A stretch of 64,000 nt of DNA from Squalus acanthias (lineage: Eukaryota), in NCBI GenBank assembly GCA_030390025.1, contig JASTWF010000069.1:310001-374000 (forward strand), read 5' to 3'. Every line of letters starts with the position of its first letter. Within the stretch, counting starts at the first letter, position 1. The notes under the pieces are model-generated. The model was not told the DNA's origin. It saw only the letters and a program-made list of their open reading frames with translations, and did not search any database. This document shows positions 49,676 to 60,063 of this stretch, piece by piece. A program made the translations under genes and the position numbers.

Positions 49676-49767
49676 TCACTTTCGGATCAGGAAAACCCCA
49701 ATGACAGCAAGAGTAAGAGGAGCAAGAATTCCGATTCCCAATCCGACTGCTGCTCCAGTAGAGAGTC
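49676..49767 (-). CDS. Gene B transmembrane exon ending in a stop (GLSTGAAVGLGIGILAPLTLAVIGVFLIRK*)
   Basis: Paralogous acceptor TAG reads TCG; an in-frame CAG lies 6 nt downstream; CGA codon reads TGA. Confidence 0.6.
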
Positions 49768-50844
49768 CTGGATCGAGAGACAGAATAAACCGTTAACAGA
49801 CCGGGACACACTCACAAAACTAACAGCAGAGACCTTCAGCACCGAGTGCTTCAGAACCATCCCCAGCACAAATAGATCCCTGGTCAATTCTAGCCCCGGA
49901 GCGATGGGAGAGGTTAGATTCCAATAAACACACACACCAGGCCAGCCCACAGCTCCTTGAACACACACACACTGCCCCACAATGTGATCGATACAGGCTT
50001 TCCGATAGAGATAACTGGAGACTGACAAGCAGCAGCCTCCCTACAATTAAACCCAACAGCCCGCTGAAACAGAGGGGGGATTTTAAACTAATCTGTGGGT
50101 CGGGGAAGTCTTGGGATCGGGTGGAATGCCGGTTTCACACCCGGCTCAATATTACTCCCCATTGTCGTCAATGTTGAGGACTCCCGGGGCCACTCCCACC
50201 CGACTGTATACCACTGAGCCCCCACCTCTGGTGGGTCTGTCCTTCCGGTGGGACAGGACGTACCCGGGGATGGTGATAGAGGAGTCTGGGATGTAGGGTT
50301 GATTCTGGGAGTATGACCATGTCACACAGCTCTCCCAACTTGGGCACCAGTCCCCAGATGTTAGTGAGGAGGACTTTGCAGGGTTGACTGGGCTGGGTTT
50401 GCCTTTCCTGTGTCCTGGTTCAATGCCTGGCTCGTCCAATTTAATTCTTGTTTATCTTTCTAGTGGTTTGATAGAAACTGATTGACTTGCTGGGCCACAG
50501 AGGGCCGTGAAAAGTCAACCACGTTGGTGTGGGACTGGAGTCACCTATAGACCAGACCGGGTAAGGACGGCAGGTTTCCTTCCCTAAAGGACATCAGTGA
50601 ACCAGTTGGGTTTGACGACAATCCAACAGCTTCAGGGTCACTTCTATTGATACCAACTTTTTATTTCCAGATTTATTCTCAAATTCTCAAAGTGCCATGG
50701 TGGGATTTGAACTCACCTTCTCTGGATTATGAGCCCAGGCCTCTGGATTATTAATCTAGTAACAGAACCCCTGCACTATCGTACCCATAAAATTGGTGAT
50801 AGACTCCTGATCAATGCAGATGCCCTGAAACAGAAACCTCTCAC

Positions 50845-51189
50845 CTGTTACAGAGAGATGGACTGAGACATCTTGCTCCCAATAAAAGCCCACAGCCGTC
50901 CTCCTGAGAATCAGACACTCATACTCGTTCTGGTCGGACTGCCTGAGGTCAGAGAGCAGAACTGACCAGTTGCCGTGTTCCAGTTGATCTTTGAAGAGGT
51001 TTGTTCTGTTTCTGAACCGCGGGTCTTGCTGTGTCAAATCATCGCTCCCATCGACAAACTTGTGGACAACTTCACGCTCGGGTATTTGCCAAACTACTTG
51101 TAAATCTGGGACTGGGGCATTCCCTTTGTAGGTACAGGGCAGCACAACCTGCCCCCCAAGGAACCCGGAAACTGTGACAGGTGAAAAAT
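50845..51189 (-). CDS. Gene B IgV exon 2, B7/butyrophilin-like V-set domain
   Basis: 345 nt phase 1-1, TTTTCCAG / CAG|GTGAGA; VVLPC, VVWQ, QDPRFRNRTNLF, GNWSVLL, DQNEYEC. Confidence 0.9.
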
Positions 51190-51867
51190 CTGGAAAAGAT
51201 TCAAAGTATTTATCCTCAGATATAACCTCCCTGCTGGAACATTACATCCCAAGCTTCACAGAGATACACTGCAAGAAGCTCTGACCAGTAACTCACTGCT
51301 TTCACTGCTGTGGGAAGGCTGAAGCTCAGGCATGTACTATTTACAACAAGCACCATTTATATAGCATCCCGTGTGAGGCAGGCATCATTCTTTTGCCATT
51401 TTTAAATGGAAACATCTCGGCGTCACACTTTGAACCAATGAAATCTCAAAATGCTTTTACAATTGGCTCTTTGCACGGGATCGGGTGGAACGCCGGTTTC
51501 ACACCCGGCCCGATATTACTCTCCGGTGACTTCAACCAGCGTTGCACCCTGTCCCATCAGTTTCCCGACAGGAGGGCTCGGACTTTCCCACAGACTTCCA
51601 CAAACACTAATGCTAGCGGGAAGCGGGAATCCTCAGAGTTCAGCCGCTGAGGGACAGGAAGGCGAGGCTCAGAAGCAGAAATAACAGTTGCAGGTAGTTT
51701 AAGGAGCAGTTCCAGGTAACGGTGACCCACACCACTCACTCTCACAGAATCGTTCTTTGGCAAAATATCAAACAGCATTTCAAACCTTCCAGTGTTACTG
51801 CCCGTCTATCCCGCACGATAGAATGTAAGAGCTGAAAACACATGCAGTAGTTTAGAAACAGACTTAC

Positions 51868-51906
51868 CTGGTGCGGGCGTGTTCGGTACAGGTGAACGGG
51901 CTCGCT
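51868..51906 (-). CDS. Gene B Pro-rich linker exon (ERARSPVPNTPAP)
   Basis: Acceptor GTTTTCTTTAG, donor CAG|GTAAGT, 39 nt phase 1-1. Confidence 0.75.
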
Positions 51907-52589
51907 CTAAAGAAAACATCATGCGTTTAGTATTGTGAAACAAACTGCAGAAATGTTCAAAGACTCTATAGGGCTGCAGGGAAACACATCCAGGGAGGAA
52001 CGAGACTAGGGTGAAACTGATCAGGAAGGATCAGCAACCGGGTCGGCAGAGTGAAAAATCCAACAGGATTGCATGAACTGAGGGGCAGAATGGAAGATTT
52101 CCAGAGTTACCCCGAGCAGTATCGTTCCCAGCAGCCTACATCCGCCTGTGGAGTGCATTCCCACAGGATCCTGGGCCTACTGGGATACACCTTCAAGGTA
52201 AGAGCACTGGGTCTTTTAAAGGCTGCTCCAGAGGTGCTTTGGGCCCGAGCTCCTGCACCCCAACATCTGGAGACAGATGTAGCCCGTTCCTGGTGAGTGA
52301 GTGCAGCTTGAGAGCACCACTGACTCCTTCCATCACCCAGTTTGGCAGCTCTGTCCTTCAGGGCTCAGCCAGCTCGGTCAGTGGTGGTACCGAGCCACCC
52401 TTGGTGATGGACATTGCAGTCTCCCACTCAATACATTCTGTGCCCTTGCTACCCTCAGTGCTTCCTCCAAGTGGTGTTCAACATGGAGGAGTGCTGATTC
52501 ATCAACGGAGGGAGGGCGGTAGGTGGTAATCAGCAGGAGGTTTCCTTACCCATTCTTGACCTGAAGCCGTGAGACTTCATGGGGTTCAG

Positions 52590-53772
52590 AGTCAATGTTG
52601 AGGACTCCCGGGGCCACTCCCACCCGACTGTATACCACTGAGCTCCCACCTCTGGTGGGTCTGTCCTTCCGGTGGGACAGGACATACCCGGGGATGGTGA
52701 TAGAGGAGTCTGGGATGTAGGGTTGATTCTGGGAGTATGACCATGTCACACAGCTCTCCCAACTTGGGCACCAGTCCCCAGTTGTTCGTGAGGAGGACTT
52801 TGCAGGGTCGACTGGGCTGGGTTTGCCTTTGCTGTGTCCTAGTTCGATGCCTGGCTCATTCAGTAAAATTCTTGTGGTTTGATAGAAACTGATTGGCTTG
52901 CTGGGCCACAGAGGGCCGTGAAAAGTCAACCACGTTGCTGTGGGACTGGAGTCACCTATAGACGAGACCGGGTAAGGATGGCAGGTTTCCTTCCCTAAAG
53001 GACATCAGTGAACCAGTTGGGTTTTATGGCAATTCAACAGCTTCATGGTCACTTCTATTGATACCAACTTTTTATTTGCAGATTTAGTCTCAAATTCTCA
53101 AAGTGCCATGGTGGGATTTGAACTCACCTTCTCTGAATTATAAGCCCAGACCTCTGGATTATTAATCTAGCAACAGAACCCCTGCACTATCGTACCCATA
53201 AAATTGCTAACAAACTCCTGATCAATGCAGAAACAGAAACCTCTCACCTGTTACAGAGAGATGGACGAGAACATCTTGCTCCCGATGAAAGCCCTCACCC
53301 GTCCTCCTGAAAATCAGACACTCATACTCGTTATGGTCGGACTCCCTGAGGTCAGAGAGCAGAACTGACCAATTGCCGTGATCCAGTTGATCTTTGAAGA
53401 GGTTTGTTCTGTTTCTGAACCGCGGGTCTTGCTGTGTCAAATCATCGCTCCCATCGACAAACTGGTGGACAACTTCACGCTCGGGTATTTGCCAAAGGAC
53501 TTGTAAATCTGGGACTGGGGCATTCCCTTTGTAGGTACAGGGCAGCACAACCTGCTCCCCAAGGAACCCGGAAACTGTGACAGGCAAAGAACCTGGAAAA
53601 GATTCAAAGTATTTATCCTCAGATATAACCTCCCTGCTGGAACGTTACATCCCAAGCTTCACAGGGATACACTGCAAGAAGCTCTGACCAGTAACTCACT
53701 GCTTTCACTGCTGTGGGAAGGCTGAAGCTCAGGCATGTACTATTTACAACAAGCACCATTTATATAGCATCC
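52590..53772. repeat. Tandem duplicate unit carrying the IgV exon (paralog about 50167-51368)
   Basis: Exon and flanking intron LINE pieces near-identical. Confidence 0.92.
53248..53592 (-). CDS. Gene B IgV exon 1, B7/butyrophilin-like V-set domain
   Basis: 345 nt phase 1-1; canonical B-strand Cys, C-strand Trp, D-x-x-x-Y-x-C. Confidence 0.9.
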
Positions 53773-54624
53773 TTTCCCTTAGCATTTTTAGAGTGAGAGA
53801 AACTGTGGAGGAAAGGGCGATGTACGAACAGACAGTTTGGAAACGCATCATACCCTGATAAGACAAGGCCTTTTTCTCAGCCCGGGTGTTATTCATTCTC
53901 TGGCCTTGTGTTTCCAGGCTTCACAGCAGCGATCAACTAATAAAATTTGACACCGAGCCACATAAGGAGATTTTAGGACAGGTGACCAAAAGCTGGGTCA
54001 AGGAGGTCGGTTCTAAGCAGCGTCTTAAAGGAGGAGAGAGGCAGAGAGGTTTAGGGAGGGAATTCCAGAGCTCGGGGCCCAGGCAGCTGAAGGCACGGCC
54101 GCCAATGGTGGAGCGATGGAAATCGGGGGATGCGCAAGAGGCCAGAATTGGAGGAGCAGAGATCTGGAAGGGTTGGAGGAGGTTACAGAGATAGGGAGGG
54201 GCGAGGGCCATGGAGGGATTTGAACACGAGGATGAGAATTTTATAATTTTTAGCGACAGGTCCCGTGTATACCAAGCAATTATTTCTTTTGTAATTTTAA
54301 ATTGGAAAGATTTAAAATGGAGATTGCCTACGTAAACATTTATAATGTCAAAACCACCTCAACATCACACTTGACAATAATTAAATCTCAAATTGGATTT
54401 TAAAGTTTGTTTAGTTTATGCATCAGCAAATTTCTAATGTCCAAAATAAGATGTTACGTTTCATCAAACATTGCCAACAGATTCTTTCAACTATATTTTT
54501 TTGCAGAGCTAAAAGGCCACTTTCTGTAAACTATCTTTCTTACGGGGATTGCGATTAGTGGCGCGGTCACAGAAACTGCAGCGTTGTCAGACAGAGCAGT
54601 TGCTGACTTTCCGCTTTCTGGAGG

Positions 54625-54650
54625 TTCCTGTTTCTCAGTTTCGTTTTCAC
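54625..54650. promoter_or_regulatory. ISRE plus adjacent IRF-Ets composite site
   Basis: AGTTTCGTTTTCAC (54637-54650) matches AGTTTCNNTTTCNC; GAAACAGGAA on minus strand (54625-54634). Confidence 0.65.
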
Positions 54651-54984
54651 TGTGCTCACTCCAGGGGCTGTGGTTGGCCGCCGGGTTGTGTGTCAGAACT
54701 GAACCATGTATTCCCCACACTGTAAATTCTGTAGTGTGGGGCTGGCGGCAGCGTCCCTGTCCACAGGAGCTGCCTCAGTGTTTAACCGTTTCCCTGTCAG
54801 AGCGAGCGATGGTATCCGGGGGATGTGGGCCCGGACTCCGGGCAGAGCGAGCGATGGTCTCGGCGCTGCGGGGAGGGGGAGAGGGACCCCAACACCCGCT
54901 GATCCACCAGGAGTCTCTCCCTCTCTTTGTTTCTCTCTCTCTGTCCCCCTCTCTCTCTGTAACAGGCTCAGTGCGCCTCCTCCT

Positions 54985-55453
54985 GGTGAAAGGTTAAACT
55001 CAATGGCCAACTTCAGAAAGCTCAGTCTATTGGGGGAAAAACACATTCAGGAAGCCCAGAGAAGGAGCTGTTGGGGGGGAAATGTTTAATGAGATGGGAG
55101 AAGGAGTTGGATTTATTCTAAAGGTTTTTTTTTTAGTGAAAGAATGAGTTTATTGGCTGGGATTGAGGCTTCCTGGAGGAGGGTGACAGGACAAGGAGGA
55201 TAACAAGTCTTCTTTCTCTTCTGTGCCCAGTGCCACATTCTTCGACAAAACCTCCCAAACACGTCACCTCCAACACCACTCCTGGAAGGACAAGGACAGC
55301 CGGCGCATGGGAACACCATCGCCTCCAAGTTCCCCCTCCGAGTCACACACTCACCGTCCCCGACTTGGAGATATATCGGCCGTTCCGTCATCGTCGCCGG
55401 TTCAAAATCCCGCAACTCCCGACCAAACGGTGCCGCGGGAGCACCTTCACCAC
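54985..55453 (+). repeat. Third copy of the palindrome-arm segment (about 40388-40848)
   Basis: Same ORF text MCFSPNRLSFLKLAIEF / WHWAQKRKKTCYPP. Confidence 0.9.
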
Positions 55454-55629
55454 AAGAATTAACCGTGCTCTTAGCCAAGCTGTTCCAGTGCAGCTACAAC
55501 ACTGGCATCTACCCGACAATGCGGAAAACTGCCCGGGTATGTCCTGTCCACAAAGAGGTTGAAGGGGAACATTGGGTAGGGCACCGAAGAACTCTCCTGG
55601 TCTTACTCAGGGAATGCCATGGCATTGTT

Positions 55630-56536
55630 TACATTACATCTCCGCCCCTGCCTCAGCTCATCCGCTGCTGAAACCCTCACCCGTGCCTTTGTTACCTCCG
55701 GACTCGACTATTCCAACGCTCTCCTGGCCGACCTCCCACCTTCCACCCTCCGTAAACTGAGCTCCTCCAAAACTCTGCTGCCCCGTGTCCTAACTCGCAC
55801 CCAGTCCCCTTCACCCGTCACCCCCTGTCGCTCGCTGACCTACACTCGCTCCTGGTTAAGCAATGCCTCGATTTTAAAATTCTCATCCTTGTGTACAAAT
55901 CCCTTCATGGCCTCCTCACCCTCTCCCGATCTCTGTAACCTCCTCCAGCCCCACAACCCATGGAATAAAAGGGACAGTGGCAGCATGGATACAGAATTGG
56001 CTAAGTGACAGGAAACAGAGAGTAGTGGTGAACGGTTGTTTTTCGGACTGGAGGAAGGTACGCAGTGGTGTTCCCCAGGGGTCTACTAGGACCACTGCTT
56101 TTCTTGATATATATTAATGACTTAGACTAGGATGTACAGGGCACAATTTCAAAATTTGCAGATGACACAAAACTTGGAAGTATAGTGAACAGTGAGGAGG
56201 ATAGTGATAGACTTCAAGAGGATATAGACAGGCTGGTGGAATGGGCGGACACGTGGCAGATGAAATTTAACGCAGAAAAGAGTGAAGTGATACATTTTGG
56301 TAGGAGGAACGAGGAGAGGCAATATAAACTAAAGGGTACAATTCTAAAGGGGGTGCATGAACAGAGAGACCTGGGGGTATATGTAAATAAATCGTTGAAG
56401 GTGACAGGGCAGGTTGAGAAACTGGTTAAAAAAGCGAACGGAATCCTGGGCTTCATAAATAGAGGCACAGGGTACAAAAGCAAGGAAGTTATGATGATCC
56501 TTTATAAAACCCTGGTTCGGCCTCAACTGGAGTATT
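55630..56536 (+). mobile_element. L2-like fragment followed by CR1 fragment
   Basis: AETLTRAFVTSGLDYSNALL; WADTWQMKFNAEK...YKTLVRPQLEY. Confidence 0.88.
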
Positions 56537-57928
56537 GGGGGCGATTTTCCCAATGGAGGCGGGTTTCGGTTTGGGTGGGTTCCAAACCCGCCTCCACTGA
56601 GAGGTGGGAAAAATTTGCGATTTTCCCCTAATTGGCCAGTTGATTTCAGAGGTGTGAGTTCCCCTGGGCCAACTCGTGTTTTGGGACTGAAACTCGCCTC
56701 TACTGACGTCACTCATCCAGCGTCATTTAAGGGCTGCTTGTTGCCTTGGCTCATTCCACTGGTTCTTGGTCGATGCTGCACCACCTCCAAGCTGTTATCT
56801 CCTTGAAGAATGGCCAGCTCCAAGGCAAGGGCCTCCCCGAGGTTCTCGGATGAGGCGCTGGGTATGCTGGTTGAGGGGGCGAGAGCTAGCAGGGAGGTGC
56901 TCTTCCCCTCATCTGGGAGGAAGAGGCCTCCCAAAGAAACCAAGGCTGTGTGGGTCCAGCTGGCAAGGGATATAACCTCCAGATCTGTGTGCAGATTGGG
57001 TGATTGATTCTGTTCATTGATGAAATGTCATCCCTGTGGGAATGTATTAAAATTAGGTGATGGCAAACTGTTGGCATGATGGCATCTGTTATTTCGGCTT
57101 AGGCAGCTCCACATTGCTGGCTCCACGACACTTGCGTGGTCAGGTTGGTGGTCAGAGTGAAAGGAGGCCATAGAGTCATGTCCTTTGTCTATCCTGTGTT
57201 AAGAAGGAGCCAAGCACATGTGCCACAATGGGCAACCTGTGCAAATCTGGCCAGGATGAGTGCATTCCTTGCACGACGTGCTTCCATGCGCTGGCGCCTT
57301 CTGCCCTGTGCAGCATCAGGTGGGTGAGCAGAAGGTTGGGGCTCCTGCTGCTGTTGCTGCTGAGCTGCCTGGTTCTGCTGCTGCCGTGGCTGCTCCTCAT
57401 CCGAATCTGAGGTCCATGATGAAAGGAAATAAATGGTTCCCATGCTGCTGGCAGATACCTCCGTTGGGAAAGCGCTCAGTCCAAGTGGGGAGAGGGTCTT
57501 CCAAGGAGGTCCCACAGTTGAGAGATAGAAGCTGCAGCATCTCCGACTTCGGTAGGCCTGCAAAAAGTGCTGAAAGACCTTTGGAACAAAAGTTCTGCCA
57601 CCTGCAACAGCTTCCTGATGAAAGCTCCGTTTTAATGGAGCTGCAGCTGTGAGGAGGCCACCCACTTGTCAACCCGCCAGGATTGGCTGGCGTGGTTTAG
57701 GAGGGTCGTGCAACACGCACAAAATGTGGTAAAATAACAAAGGCCTGTCAAAATCGGATTGTAGAGGCCCTTAACTACCATTTAAGGGTCTACCGCTCCC
57801 GATTGATGGAGGCGGGACCGAATCGCACCCATCAAACCCGCCTCCGGCAAAATTGCACGGAGGCGGGTTAGAGGCGGGTTCCGAACCCACCCTCAGTTTT
57901 TGCCATTTTGCCAACTGTCCCGCCTCCA
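56537..57928. mobile_element. Paralogous Harbinger derivative, right TIR deleted
   Basis: Matches 36-1416 then jumps to the equivalent of about 1822; Myb ORF 56810-57007. Confidence 0.8.
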
Positions 57929-58825
57929 TAAGTACCTGAAAGAAAAAAAATTAGCAGGGCTACGGGGAACTAGCTGAAGTGCTCTTGCAGAGAGCCGGCA
58001 CGGGCTCGACGGGCCGAATGGCCTCCTACTGTGCTGTAACCATTCTATGATTCTGACCCTCCGAGGACTCTGCGCTCCTCCAATTCTGGCCTCTAGCGCA
58101 TCCCCCGATTTTAATCGCTACACCATTGGCGGCCGTGCCTTCAGCTGCCTGGGCCCTAAGCTCTGGAATTCCCTCCCTAAACCTCTCCGCCTCTCTCCTT
58201 TAAGATGCTCCTTAAAACCTACCTCTTTGGGCAAGCGTTTGGTCACCTGTCCTAATATCTCCTTATCTGGCTCGGAGTCAAATTTTGTTTGATAATTGCT
58301 CCTGTGCAGCGCCTTGGGACATTTTACTGCATTAAAGGCACTATATAAATACAAGTTGTTGTTGTTGTTGTTTTGGTTCCTGTATTAATGGTGCTCAGCC
58401 AGGAGATGGCGGTGTTGTCCAGCTCAACGGGCCAATGGTAAACAGAGCACCAGCACCACCCGGTGAACGAAGGGAGGTATTGCAGGGACACCCTGGAGCA
58501 ACATTAAAGAAAGACTCGCATTTCTCCAGCGCCTTTCACCACCTCAGGACGTCCCAAAGCGCTTCACAGCCAATGAAGTACCTTTTTTGAAGTGTAGTCA
58601 CTGTTGTAATGTAGGAAACGCGGCAGCCAATTTGCGCACAGCAAGCTCCCACAAACAGCAGTGTGATAATGACCAGATCATCTGTTTTAGTGATATTGAT
58701 TGAGGGATAAATATTGGCCCCAGGTCACCGGGGAGAACTCGCCTGCTCTTCCAATAGTGGGCATGGGATATTTTACATCCACCTGAGAGGGCAGACTGGG
58801 CCTCTGTTTAACCTCTCCAAATAAC

Positions 58826-60063
58826 GGCCCCTCCATCGGTGTGGCGCTCCCTCAGTACTGCCCCTCCGACAGTGCAGCGCTCCCTCAGTACTGCCCCTCC
58901 GACAGTGCGGCGCTCCCTCAGTACTGCCCCTCCCACAGTGCGGCGCTCCCTCAGTACTGCCCCTCCGACAGTGCAGCGCTCCCTCAGTACTGCCCCTCCA
59001 TCAGTGCGGCGATCCCTCAGTACCGCCTCTCCAACAGTGCGGCGCTCCCTCAGTACTGCCCCTCCGACAGTGCAGCACTCCCTCAGTACTGCCCCGCGCC
59101 AGTTCAGCGTTCCCTCAGTACTGCCCCTCCGACAGTGCGGCGCTCCCTCAGTACTGCCCCGCGACAGTTCAGCGTTCCCTCAGTACTGACCCTCCGACAG
59201 TGCGGCGCTCCCTCAGTACTGCCCCTCCGACAGTGCGGCGCTCCCTCAGTACTGCCCCTCCAACACTGCGGCGCTCCCTCAGTACTGCCCCTCCGACACT
59301 GCGGCACTCCCTCAGTACTGCCCCTCCGACAGTGCGGCGCTCCCTCAGTACTGCCCCCCCGACAGTGCGGCGCTCCCTCAGTACTGCCCCTCCGACAGTG
59401 CGGCGCTCCCTCAGTACTGCCCCTCCGACAGTGCGGCGCTCCCTCAGTACTGCGCTCCCTCAGTACTCCCCCTCCGATAGTGCAGTGCTCCCTCAGTACT
59501 GCCCCCCCGACAGTGCGGCGCTCCCTCAGTACTGCCCCTCCGACAGTGCGGCGCTCCCTCAGTACTGCCCCCCCGACAGTGCGGCGCTCCCTCAGTACTG
59601 CCCCTCCGACAGTGCGGTGCTCCCTCAGTACTGCCCCTCCGACAGTGCGGCGCTCCCTCAGTACTGCCCCCCCGACAGTGCGGCGCTCCCTCAGTACTGC
59701 CCCTCCGACAGTGCGGCGCTCCCTCAGTACTGCCCCTCCCACAGTGCAGCACTCCCTCAGTACTGCCCCTCCGACAGTGCGGCACTCCCTCAGTACTGCC
59801 CCTCCGACAGTGCGGCGCTCCCTCAGTACTGCCCCTCCGACAGTGCGGCGCTCCCTCAGTACTGCCCCTCCGACAGTGCGGCACTCCCTCAGTACTGCCC
59901 CTCCGACAGTGCGGCGCTCCCTCATTACTGCCCCTCCGATAGTGCGGAGCTCACTCAGTACTGCCCCTCCGACAGTGCAGCGCTCCCTCATTACTGCCCC
60001 TCCGACAGTGCGACGCTCCCTCAGTACTGCCCCTCCGACAGTGCGACGCTCCCTCAGTACTGC
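58826..60063. repeat. 33-bp minisatellite, about 37 units, inside SINE 58505-60170
   Basis: Paralog of 4553-5052. Confidence 0.97.

Noticed and set aside
53700-53770. Leader exon for gene B (minus-strand ATGs with GTGAGT donor at 53699)
   Set aside because: The phase-1 frame MPELQPSHSSES is not hydrophobic; the more leader-like frame ends in phase 0; the region overlaps a retroelement-like tail.
54706-55089. 127-aa plus-strand ORF after the ISRE
   Set aside because: No recognisable domain or signal peptide; runs into CT-rich and duplicated sequence.
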